From Eledone cirrhosa (Eukaryota), in the NCBI GenBank assembly GCA_964016885.1, contig OZ024741.1, positions 69,130,001 through 69,194,000 on the forward strand: DNA of 64,000 nt. Reading direction: 5' to 3'. The translations under genes were made by a program, and so were the position numbers. The notes under the pieces are model-generated. The model saw only the letters and a list, made by a program, of their open reading frames with translations. It was not told where the DNA came from and searched no databases. This document shows, in pieces, positions 36,675 through 49,157 of the stretch. The stretch's first letter is position 1. The number at the start of each line of letters is the position of its first letter.

Positions 36675-39600
36675 TTACTGTCTTATTTTCCATGCTTGCA
36701 CGGGTTAGACGCGTTGTCCACATTATGAGGCAAGTCTGGCCAGCTGTGCTTTCTTTAGCCTTTGTTATGGTGGCAAGTAGGGTTGGGCATGTGGAGATGG
36801 GTGAGTGGGAAAATCTTCAGGAAATTCAGGCAGGAATTTTACCATCCAGAGAAATAGAACAGATAGTTTTAAGGGAATGAAGAAAAAAAGAACAAAATAT
36901 TTTAAGACCTTCCATAAAGAATACAAGTTAATTGGCAGCTTAGCTAGAAGCCCGTGGAAAAAGCCAGACTGATATCTTTTGATTAAAGATAGCTATATGG
37001 CAGATCAATCTAAAAACACATTCGATCAAAGAATGAAACGGGTAGTGATGTTTTTTTTTTAGGGAATGAACAAAATAATCAGAGAAAAAGGCTTTTTTTT
37101 CTTCCTTTTTTATATAACATAGAGTTTTAGGGAATGAAGAAAAACTTTGAGAGAAAGAACAAAATATTCTGAGATAAAATTTAGGATTTAGTTTAACCCT
37201 TTCATGACTACATTTCTAATGAAATACACTCTATTTTAATTAATGAAAAATTTTGAGGGATTTTCAAAAATTATTAATTATTTCCTTATTAAGATAGTAA
37301 CTTAATGTAAGGTTCTTATATAAAATTGTTGGAAACCTTTAAAATGAGTGGTTTTATTTGATAGAACCAGAACTGGTTTTTGCCAGGTTGGTAACTAAAG
37401 GTTTAAAATGTGAGCATTTTAAAATAGGCAGTTGTGTATACATGACTCAAACACTGTCCACTTTCCTGACATTTGTACATTATTCTAGGCTCTATACATG
37501 CACCTGAGCACTACACAATAATTTTCATTATTATTGGCAGTATCGGTATAGGGTAGGACGCCATGCTTTGATGCATAGAGTTACGGCCCTTGCCATTAAA
37601 TAAAGTACCAGTAATGCACTGGGTAATTGCTGGCCTTGTGCCAAAAGTAGAAACAATTATTATTATTACAGAACCAGGGGCAGTTTTGGGTAGGTTGGTA
37701 TTAAAAGAGTTAATGTAGTTTGGTCAGAATGGTATTAATAGGGTTAATGTAGTTTGGTCAGAATGGTATTAACCCTTATTATCAAATATCATCTACTAAT
37801 ACTTCTAATATCAAACTGACTGAAACTGCTCCTGGTTCTACAATACAAACTTGTTTATTTTGAAGTGATAATAGTTATCTAAAAACCTTCCATCATAAGA
37901 ATCTTTTGTTACAATCTTTGTTACAAACATCAACTTAATAATGAGAAAGTTATATTACTAAATTCCTCCTAATTTCTGGTTATTTTCAAAATGATGGGAA
38001 AATCACAGGCAGTCTTTCTCTAAAATCTGATTATGGAAGAGTTAACCTTTCCACTTTGATGAAATTTAGAAATTTTCTTTTTGTCTTAATTCATTTTTTT
38101 TTTTTATTACCATTAACTAGTTTCTTTTGTAATGGGAAAATACCATTATTTTAGATTTATTTACATTCGCTGGTATTTTATTTTTGTGCAGCAGATATCC
38201 ACCATGTACTGTTTGATTTAAGTTCATGTTTAGACAATGTTCAGTTGTTTGTATAATGACTTCTAGTAAACAAAACTATTGCTAGCCACAGTAAAGTTAC
38301 AGACACTGACATCAATGTTAGATTTTAGATTTTACAACTCTTTTGATATCAACCCACTCAAAACTGACTCTGTTTCTATGAATCAAAGCCATCCATTTTA
38401 AAGGGTTCCTACTTCAACTAAAATATTGATATCAGCCCACTCAAAACCGCCTTTCATCATCATCATTTAACGGCTATTTTTCCCATGCTTGCATGGATTA
38501 GACGGGATGTCCATGTAATGAAACAAGTCTGGCCAGTTGGTCGTGTCGTTCCTTGCTCAAATGGAACTGTATTTTGGCTGGGATTTTTACAGCTAGATGC
38601 CCTTCCTAACCCCAACCATCCATTTTAAAGGGTTCCTACTTAAATTAAAAACTTTCAACATAATTTTACATATGAACATTTTGTTATGTTAAAGATACCA
38701 TACTTCCCAAATTCTTCATTAAATAATTAAAATACAAAATATTTTATTAGAAACTTGGTACCAGAAGGGTTCATGGAACACATTAACCATTTTTTATATC
38801 AAACTGCCTAAAACTGGGTTTATGATACCATATTGCCCATTTTGTTGTGTTAAAATTTCTCATCACAATTTTATTTAAGAAATTTTTTATTAAGTGACAT
38901 TTCAAACATCAGCCTAATACTGAAAAGGTTATTTTATTAAAATCCTCCAAATTTTTTATTATTTTCCTCCAAATTTTTTATTATTTTCAAAATTAATGAA
39001 ACATACAGGCAAAAAATACAGTATTGGGATAGATAAATAAGGGTCTAGTTGGATCAAAAAGAAGAGGTCATCTTTTTTCTTTCCTCTTCATTCTTATCAA
39101 TTACAAAGGTTACGTCTATTTAAGAAATCAAATTTTAAATCAAATTGTTGATGATCCAGAATTTACATCCTTTTAAATGTGGTTGGTATTAGGAAAGGCA
39201 TCCAACTGTAAAAATTCCGGCCAAATTTACAGTCCCGTTGGAGCAAGGTATGGCATGGCTAATCCTAGCCAGACTTGTCTCTCGACGCAGACGACTTGTC
39301 TGACCCATGCAAGCATGGAAAAATGGACGTTAAATGCTGGTGATCTGGATGATGATTTTTTTGTTCCATTCCTTGTATCACTTCTATCATTCCTCCTCTC
39401 CACCTGTCCACTAAACACTTTTTAACCAATCTTTCCTTCTCAGAGCATCAAGCTCCATGGAAATCATCACCACCAAACCAATCATCATCTACTTTTCCAT
39501 GCTGCTATGGGTTGGATGACTCTTTTTGAGGCAATATTTTACATCCTGATGACCTTCCTGACACCAACCCTTTTAGTTGCTTCTTACAATACTGTATTAC

Positions 39601-39712
39601 ATACATCTCCAATGTGAGACATCTTGCATATATCATACATCATGGCCACTGTCCCTCTCATTCATTTTATAAACATAAAAAAAAATACTATATATATATA
39701 TATACAATATAT

Positions 39713-39930
39713 TAATGGTTTCTTATATAGGCACAAGGCCAGTAATTTGGGGGGAGGGGAAAGTCGATTAAATCGACCCCAATGCGTGACTGGTACTTTA
39801 TTTTATTGACCCCATAAGGATGAAAGCAAAGTTAACCTCGGCGGGATTTGAGCTCAGATCATAAAGAGCTGTAACTCTTTGCTGGAAAGCATGGCGTCCG
39901 ACCCTCTACCGATACTGCCAATCCACCGCC
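39713..39930 (-). mobile_element. Full-length SINE group 1
   Basis: Head, B box, core and tail are all present. An oppositely oriented copy follows at 40128-40303. Confidence 0.9.
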
Positions 39931-40418
39931 TATATAACTAACAATATATATACAATATATTAATAAATGGAAACCATATTTATTTTTATACATATTTCAA
40001 GGGCAACATATTATACATATTTCAAGGTTGTCTTTTTTCAGGGTATGCCAATATTTATTTATAAAACAAATCTGTATTTTATCTGATGAAAGCGCACCAT
40101 ACATTTCCTTGGTTGCCCTTGAAATATAGTATCGGTAGAGGGTCGGACGCTATGCTTTGACGTATGGAGTTACGGCCCTTGCCATTCTGAGTTCAAATCG
40201 ACCGAGGTTAACTTTGCCTTTCATCCTTACGGGGTCGATAAAATAAAGTACCAGTAATGCACTGGGATAATTGCTGGCCTTGTGGCAAAAGTAGAAACAA
40301 TTAATATATTGTGTATTTACTCCACTAAACTGTTGAGTGCTTTATATCAGTTATAAACATTTTTAAGGTTGAATCCCAACAAATTAAATATAACCTCTAC
40401 ATATATATATATATATAG

Positions 40419-40462
<44 letters not shown>

Positions 40463-41296
40463 AAAATAATTTTTTACTCATTTATTTCATTAAATATGTT
40501 TCTATTCTTTTAACTATTTCAATTTTGTTCATGCATGTTATTGTAAATTGGTTATAAGAAATTTGAAATTTATGGTTACAACACCATCAGCACCATCACT
40601 GCCACCACCACTCCGATCATCATTATCACTGCCACCACCACCATCGTCATCACTGCAATCACTACCACCAACAACACTAATATGTTGCACGATTTTCCAG
40701 TAGTTATATAATAAGGTTTGCTCCATTGAAAAATGATATTGAAAGGAGAGCTAATGTCTGATATTGAAGTGTTGGTTATGGTAGAGTTTGAAGTTAAATG
40801 GTGCAGAAAATACCAACAGCTTCTTTTATTTCTTCTCCCTTTTTTGGTTTATTTTCCCTCTTTAATTCTTTTGATTTATCTCTGTGTGTATGTGTGTGTG
40901 TATATATATGTGTATACCCATGTGTGTGCTTATGTGTATGTATGTGTGCATATGTGTGTGTGTCTATATGTATGTGTGTCTATATGTGTGTGTGTATGTG
41001 AGCTTCTTGCTAGTTCTTTATTTCTATCTATATTAATATTTGTGACAGTGTGGCATGTATATGCATGTGTATGTGTATGTGTGTGTATGTATGTGTATGA
41101 ATGTATATATATATATATATGCGTATATGTATCTATATAAAAGCATATATGTCTGTATATATGTATTTATCATCATCATCATTTTACGTCTGCTTTTCCC
41201 TGCTTGCAAGGGTATGTATATATGTAAAAGTATATATGCCTCTGTATGTATCTATATATGTATATATATAAAAGTATATATGTCTGTGTGTATTTG

Positions 41297-41332
<36 letters not shown>

Positions 41333-41689
41333 TATATATGTCTGTGTGTATATATATCTGTGTATGTGCATATATAGTATCTTAAACTCCTGAGATATAA
41401 TCTTATTTTCTGTTTATTGCCTTGCCTTGTTGTCTAATTATGTTAATTCTACTTCCTGACTCGGCCACATAAATTCTAAATGAATCTATATTTTCTCCTG
41501 AAACACTTCGTTTTCAGTTTAAAATAGAAAGTGAAAAACAACTATGAGTATGTTAATATCTTTTGAATAGCTAGTACTGTGTATATCACAGTATATTTAG
41601 AGCTAGCTTGTACTATGCTCATGTAGTCAATTAATAAACAATTTAAATAACTGTGACTATCATTTATGATATTTACTCTTAGCAAGCAA

Positions 41690-42152
41690 TTGGTATTCGT
41701 GGCAACCCTTACCCTATAGTTATGAATCTTGGGTAATGACTGAAAGAATACAATCGCGAATACAAGCAGCCAAAATGGGGTTCCTCCGAAGGGTCTTTCG
41801 AGTAATGTTACTTGACAGTGTGCTTAGCTTGGAGATCAGAGAGTTACTCCAGGTAAAGCCACTATTTCTCTGAATTGAGAGATCACAGCTCCGATACTAT
41901 GGGCATGTGGTTAGAATGTCTCAGGAAAGAATCGCTGGACAGGTTTTACTGACAAAACCAACCAGGAGAAGACCCAGGGGTAGACCCTGAGCAAGATGGT
42001 TGGATAACATCCATGAGCTTGGGTGGTCTCGCTTGGGGATCCAGCTGGATCAGTTGGAGACGGTTGCTTCTGACAGGACCTGTTGGAAGGAGTGTTTTGT
42101 TTGAGGACACTGCCCCCATGGCCCTCTCAGAAATAAGTGGGTGAAGGAGAAG
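41690..42152 (+). pseudogene. RTE-clade LINE 3' end, Rex3/Expander-like
   Basis: SYESWVMTERIQSRIQAAKMGFLRRV...EIRELLQVKPLFL*IERSQLRYYGHVVRM...PTRRRPRGRP*ARWLDNIHELGWSRLGI, with a 3' end 'ctgcccccatggccc...ataagtgggtgaag'. Confidence 0.9.
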
Positions 42153-42768
42153 ACTGATAGTAAGCAATAGCTCATGCAATAATCATCAGTTTAATTAGAT
42201 GATCTCGGTGTCATGAACACCAGTGACTTCACAGATGATCGATTATTAATTCGACAATAGGTTAGCACAACTGCTCCAATTAGCGGAGAAATCTATGAGT
42301 ATAGGGGTGTGGCAAGCCATATATATTCTAGCCATTAGAAAAAGCAAAATGAATGATTCACCTTTGATGGAGGTATGACTCAAGTTGAAGAAGAGAAGAA
42401 TGATATTTAAATGAGATATAAGACATTCTTCACTCCCTTCCCATTGTTTTTCATGTGATGATGTATCTTTCTATTCACTACCAAATCTGCAAAATCTATT
42501 GCAGTGTAATAATGTAGCACCAGTAGACTGGTGTACTAATATCTGTCCTCCGGTACTATGAGGTGACCAGTGCCTGAGGTCCTGCATGACACAGTGCACC
42601 TCCACACTGTCTGGGCCTGTTTTATTGGGGGGGGGGGGAGTGATGTTTGAGCAAACTTCAGGGGTTTAAGGGCAACTGTAAGCTAAACAATTACACCTGT
42701 CTACTATGGTTTATTGTTTTGCTTTCTCTCTTTAATTCTTTTATATATATATCTACATACATACACAG

Positions 42769-42866
<98 letters not shown>

Positions 42867-43024
42867 AAGCACATAAACACACGCACATATAAATACACAT
42901 GCATACACAAGTACATACACGCATGCATACATTTATTACACTGCAATAGATTTTACACTGGTAGTTATCCATACACTCCAAATATTATGATTATTAGCTT
43001 TCAAAAATGGTGCAGTATTTAAAT

Positions 43025-43312
43025 CAGTCATGGGCAACCTGCAGCCCACGAAGCTTTCTAAATGGCTTGCCTAAGTCACCTAAAAGAAATCTTTCTGATT
43101 TTTTTACCCCAACTTTTCAGTTGTAATTTATCTTTCTATCATTTTTTATGATCAAGGAATACGTGTACGAATTCTGAAGAAACAAATCAAAACAACCTGA
43201 GTTACTGCCCTTTTTTTAATGTGGGCACGCATGTAAATTAGTGCTTGCGGCCCGCCTGATGATGAGCTATATCTCATGTGGCCTGCTTCTCAAAAAAGGT
43301 TGCCCATGCCCA
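43025..43312. mobile_element. hAT-type MITE with a perfect 8-bp TSD
   Basis: ATTTAAAT | CAGTCATGGGCAACC...GGTTGCCCATGCCCA | ATTTAAAT. Confidence 0.85.
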
Positions 43313-44382
43313 ATTTAAATGTTTGTGTGTATATGTGTGAGTGATGTCGTTTAACCCTTTTGATGCAAACCTACCTCAAACTGCCCCTAGTTTTATTATA
43401 CAAATCTGCTCCTTTTAACCTATTCGTTAAGGTTTTTATAATGAAATACTTTTATTCTAAGTAATTAAGAATTTGTGAAGGATTTATTAAAATTATAATT
43501 TCCTTATGATAATATTTGTAACATGAAATGTTCATATATAAAATTATGTTTGAAAGTTTTTAAGTCATAACATTTTAGAACTCTTTAAAATAGGTTTTAA
43601 GTGGGTTGGAATCAAAAGAGTTAAAGTGTTCATACTTATATCAAAACCTTTCATCATAATTTTATGTAAAAACTTTTTATATAATGCTTGAATTATCTGC
43701 TTAATAACTGATAAAAGTTAGTTATTTTATTAACTTCCTTCAAATTCTTGATTAATTTCAAAATTAATCGAAATATGGGTAGTTTATTTCATTGGAACTA
43801 TGTTAATGAAAGGGTTAACTCTTAACTTGTAACGATTTAGTAGATAATATCGAAAAACAAGTTTGTTAATTTACTCTATACTGCAAATTTTCACAATCTA
43901 TCCACTAGTCAAGACCTTTATTTTTAATGTGATCCATTCATAATGATGTTTTAGCATTTTTAAAGAATGTTTTGCTTATGTGGTTTCATGTGGTATGTGG
44001 TATTAACAGTTAGTATCTAGGTTAGTTTTGAATGATTAAAAGCATTTCAGCCATATCCATTCCATCTTTTTAAGGTTATCTAAGGACTGCACTTAGTTTA
44101 ACATCAACATCTATCTTTTGAGTGCTTTTAGCAGAATCCAATCTATATAAATATTTGGACCAGATCTCTGATCTGACGAAAATTCCAGCCCACCAGATTG
44201 GAGGTACTGAAAAAGTTCATGGGTACTGCTTTATTTTTTTCTGACAAAAGTCATTAAAACAAGGAAAAAGGAAAATGAGTGAGTGAAGTTGGATTTGATG
44301 AAAATTTGGCTATTTTTAACAGGCTGAGTTGCCACACAGAGGCTCTCTTTTGATCTGAAAAGTAACCTCAATACATTCTATC

Positions 44383-44586
44383 TACCATATATACTCAGAT
44401 ATATGTGACCAAAAAAAAATCAATGGTAAAATTGGGGGTGGGGTCGACATATATACACTATCTAAACAATGTGTTGATTAACTGCCTCAGCTTATAAATG
44501 GGGTTTGGATTTTTGCCCATTTCTCAGACATAAAATAGGGGAATTGGCTTATATTCAGATTGGCTTATATTTGAGTATATATGGTA
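44383..44586. mobile_element. pogo-type MITE
   Basis: TACCATATATACTCAG...TTGAGTATATATGGTA inverted ends. A partial second copy lies at ~54615-54732. Confidence 0.7.
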
Positions 44587-44949
44587 TATCTTAACCAAAC
44601 TGTCATAGTGATAATGGTTGTTATTTTTTAGCCCCACGTCAACCCTCATGAACAAGTTTCAACCATCTTGTCTTTTATTCATAGTATATCTAGGACTGTC
44701 TCATTCAATGACTCCTTTCTTTCTAAATATGATTGGGTATGAAGTGAAGATTTTTGCTATTAAAATATGCGTGTAATCATTATCATCATCATTTTTATGT
44801 TAACTTTTCCAAGCTGGCATGGGTTGGACAGAACTTTGGAGACAATGTTTTCTAACTGGATACCCTTCCTGACATTAACCCTCTTAGTTGCTTCTTATGA
44901 CATGCGGGGATAGTGTACATCATCATTTTACATCTGCTTTTCCATGTGT

Positions 44950-45335
44950 GAATGGGTTGGATAGGTCCTCATCAGTATAGCATCTCTCCACATACCGCAG
45001 TCCATTGTAACTTCTACCATGAGTTTCGGCGATTTGAGATCAGCTTTCCTGTTTTTTGCCCAGGTCTTCCTCTACTGTAGCTTTCTTCCACTGGTGCTTC
45101 CTTCTTGGTTCTTCTTCAGTCAGTGATCATCATCCATGCACATCACATGTCTGTATCAGCTCAGTTACTCTCTCAGTTCACCCATGTTTTGTTGTTCATA
45201 CACGTTAACATTGCACATCCATTGAAGCATGCTTTCTTCATTTCTCTCCAGCCTTTGCATATCCTCTAGTCACTCTCCATGTTTCACTACCATGTAGCAT
45301 TGCACATTGCACACAGGCATCATACCTATTCTCTC
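44950..45335 (-). pseudogene. Decayed RTE-clade LINE fragment
   Basis: The minus strand reads MLHGSETW...EDMQRLERNEESMLQWMCNV. Confidence 0.75.
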
Positions 45336-46009
45336 TCTATATAGTATTACATGTATGTGTATGTGGCAATAACCAGTACTTCAGATGGATCAGGCTCATC
45401 ATCATTATTTTATGTCCACTTTCCATGCTGACATGGTTTGGATGGGTTGTCATGGTCTGAGACTAGATGGGTTGGAGCAACCTCATCTTGTTCTTGTTCA
45501 TATGTTCTGTATTTGGTATTGTCTCCATAACTAGATGCCCTCCTTAATGTGAACCACTTTACAGAGTATACAGGGGGAATTTTTTAAAGTGGCACCAGCA
45601 CTTCCAATTTACAGGTGTACTGGGTGCATTTTATTGTGATACCAGCACTAGAGAGGTTATCCCATGCTTGTCCAAATGGAAGAGTCCTAAAACCCTATAG
45701 TCTCTGATTGCTAATGTTGTAGCCTCATGCCTCACACCTTTTTTCTTTTAGTGTCCCATTTATTCATATAGACTTCATACTTAATAGATGATTAATTGGC
45801 AGAGTCATTAGAATGTCAGATAGAATGCTTTGCAGCACTTGTTCTGGCTTTCATCCTTTCGAGTTAAACTTTGCCTTTGATACTTTCGAAATCACTATAA
45901 AAGTACCAGTCAACTACTAGGATCTATTCTTTCTTTATATTTCTTTCTCACTTCTTACCACTCATGGGTTCGTTCCACTGCCACTTTTACTATTACCAAA
46001 GGATATATA

Positions 46010-46300
46010 CAGGGTGACCCAAAAGTTCTGTTACAGTTTTTGAAGTTCTTAGTTTAACATAAAAAATTGGCAATTCTGTTATTTTATATCGTTTTAAAGA
46101 TATTTTTGGCTTCATTCAGTTTTTGAATTTATCTTTAAGCTAAGAGATGTAGTTTTGTCCAAAATTAGGATGGAACGTAAATGATCTGCTGTAGTTGAGC
46201 TACTTCAAAGGGAGCTTTCACATTAAGGTCTTTATTGATTATACACAGTTATGACTGTTTCACAGTTGGGTGGCTCAGAATCTCTGTGAATGTTATAGAC
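46010..46300 (+). mobile_element. Tc1/mariner-like 5' end remnant
   Basis: A TA|CAGGGTGACCCAAAAGT terminus followed by a broken N-terminus (MERK*SAVVELLQRG). Confidence 0.45.
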
Positions 46301-46679
46301 CTGACTCCAGCCCGATCTGCTCATCACACTTGTTAATCAAGCGAAGCCTTAGCATAGAGTGCTGATTTTGGTACCTTCCTCAGTAAACCACGAATCTACT
46401 GAATCGCCTATTATATATAATAACCCATGCCAGCATTGAAAAATGGACGTTAAACAGAGATGATATACATGTTGTCTCCTTGAACTATATATGTATATAT
46501 AAGAGAGAGAGAGAACTACCCAGCTAGCACTAATACAATGTGCTCCATCTAGAAATGTATATAAATGTATATCATTGCAATTATCTGACAATATATTGTG
46601 TATGGTAGGTAACACTTGGGAAAATTCCAGCTCAAGACTTTTGACACTAACCTACAATTACCACTGCTAATGTCACACC

Positions 46680-47132
46680 ACCTCTCTCTCTCTCCCTCTC
46701 TCTCTCCTCTCTCCTCTTTACTTTTTTCTCTCTCTGTCTCTCTCTCACTCTCTCACCTTACTCTCTTGCTACACATCACTCTCTCTCTATATATATCTAT
46801 TGCTTTCTTTCTCTCTCTCTCTCTATATATATATATATCTCCATCTCTCTCTCTATATATATATCTCCATCTCTCTCTCAATATATATATCTCCATCTCT
46901 CTCTCTATATATATATCTCCATCTCTCTCTCTATATATATATCTCCATCTCTCTCTCTATATATATATCTCCATCTCTCTCTCTATATATATATCTCCAT
47001 CTCTCTCTCTATATATATATATATCCATCTCTCTCTCTATATATATCTCCATCTCTCTATATATATATATCTCCATCTCTCTCTCTCTCTCTATATATAT
47101 ATATTATCCATCTCTCTCTCTATATATATATA

Positions 47133-47185
<53 letters not shown>

Positions 47186-47188
47186 CCA

Positions 47189-47219
<31 letters not shown>

Positions 47220-48980
47220 CCATCTCTCTCTCTATATATATATATCCATCTCTCTCTCTATATATATATATATCCATCTCTCTCTCTCTCTATATATATA
47301 TCCATCTCTCTCTCTATATATATATCCATCTCTCTCTATATATATATATCCATCTCTCTCTCTATATATATATCCATCTCTCTCTCTCTATATATATATA
47401 TCCATCTCTCTCTCTCTATCTCTCCACCGCTCTCTCTCTCTCTCTCTCCACCGCTCTCTCTCTCCTCTCTCTCTCCACCGCTCTCTCTCTCTCTCTCTCC
47501 ACCGCTCTCTCTCTCTCTCTCTCCACCGCTCTCTCTCTCTCTCTCTCCACCGCTCTCTCTCTCTCTCTCTCTCCACCGCTCTCTCTCTCTCTCCACCGCT
47601 CTCTCTCTCTCTCCACCGCTCTCTCTCTCTCTCTCTCTCCACCGCTCTCTCTCTCTCTCCACCGCTCTCTCTCTCTCTCTCTCCACCGCTCTCTCTCTCC
47701 ACCGCTCTCTCTCTCTCTCCACCGCTCTCTCTCTCTCTCCACCGCTCTCTCTCTCTCTCCACCGCTCTCTCTCTCTCTCCACCACTCTCTCTCTCTCTCT
47801 CTCCACCGCTCTCTCTCTCTCTCTCCACCGCTCTCTCTCTCTCTCTCCACCGCTCTCTCTCTCTCCACCTCTCTCTCTCCACCTCTCTCTCTCTCTCTCC
47901 ACCTCTCTCTCTCTCTCTCCACCTCTCTCTCTCTCTCTCTCTCACTCTCTCTCCACCTCTCTCTCTCTCTCTCTCTCACTCCACCTCTCTCTCTCTCTCT
48001 CTCTCCACCTCTCTCTCTCTCTCTCTCCACCTCTCTCTCTCTCTTCCACCTCTCTCTCTCTCTCCACCTCTCTCTCTCTCTCTCTCTCTCCACCTCTCTC
48101 TCTCTCTCCACCTCTCTCTCTCTCTCCCCACCTCTCTCTCTCTCTCTCCACCTCTCTCTCTCTCTCTCCACCTCTCTCTCTCTCTCTCCACCCCTCTCTC
48201 TCTCTCTCTCTCTCCACCCCTCTCTCTCTCTCTCTCTCTCACCTCTCTCTCACCTCTCTCTCACCTCTCTCTCACCTCTCTCTCTCACCTCTCTCTCTCA
48301 CCTCTCTCTCTCTCTCTCTCACCTCTCTCTCTCTCTCTCTCTCCACCTCTCTCTCTCTCTCTCACCTCTCTCTCTCTCTCTCACCTCTCTCTCTCTCACC
48401 TCTCTCTCTCTCACCTCTCTCTCTCACCCTCTCACCTCTCTCTCTCTCTCACCTCTCTCTCTCACCCTCTCACCCTCTCTCACCTCTCTCTCTCACCCTC
48501 TCTCACCTCTCTCTCTCACCCTCTCACCTCTCTCTCTCTCTCACCTCTCTCTCTCACCCTCTCACCTCTCTCTCTCTCTCACCTCTCTCTCTCTCTCACC
48601 TCTCTCTCTCTCTCACCTCTCTCTCTCTCTCACCTCTCTCTCTCTCTCACCTCTTTCTCTCCCACCTCTCTCTCTCCCACCTCTCTCTCTCCCACCTCTC
48701 TCTCTCCCACCTCTCTCTCTCCCACCTCTCTCTCTCCCACCTCTCTCTCTCCCACCTCTCTCTCTCCCACCTCTCTCTCTCCCACCTCTCTCTCACCCAC
48801 CTCTCTCTCACCCACCTCTCTCTCACCCACCTCTCTCTCACCCACCTCTCTCTCTCCTCTCTCTCTCTCTCCTCTCTCTCTCTCTTCTCTCTCTCCTCTC
48901 TCTCTCCTCTCTCTCTCCTCTCTCTCTCCTCTCTCTCTCCTCTCTCTCTCCATCTCTCGCTATCTCTCTCTTCTCTCTCT
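46680..48980. repeat. ~2.3-kb compound (CT)n array with changing interruptions
   Basis: Seen directly. It explains the 808-aa and 738-aa low-complexity ORFs. A further CT-rich tract lies at 49230-49735. Confidence 0.95.
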
Positions 48981-49118
48981 CAGACACTTTGGGCAATTTG
49001 TACAGTCAGATATTAAACATACCCATATATAAATTTGAATAAATACATATGTACACACATTCTTTCCTACCTAGAACTCACATTTGTTTTCTTTTTGCTC
49101 ACTATCATACACATATTG

Positions 49119-49157
<39 letters not shown>

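Noticed and set aside
36343-36880. Poly-His, poly-Asp/Gly and Pro/Ser ORFs
   Set aside because: (CAY)n expansion of a SINE tail that is open in all frames.
46616-49042. 808-aa and 738-aa ORFs
   Set aside because: Translations of (CT)n/(TA)n microsatellite with no real protein content.
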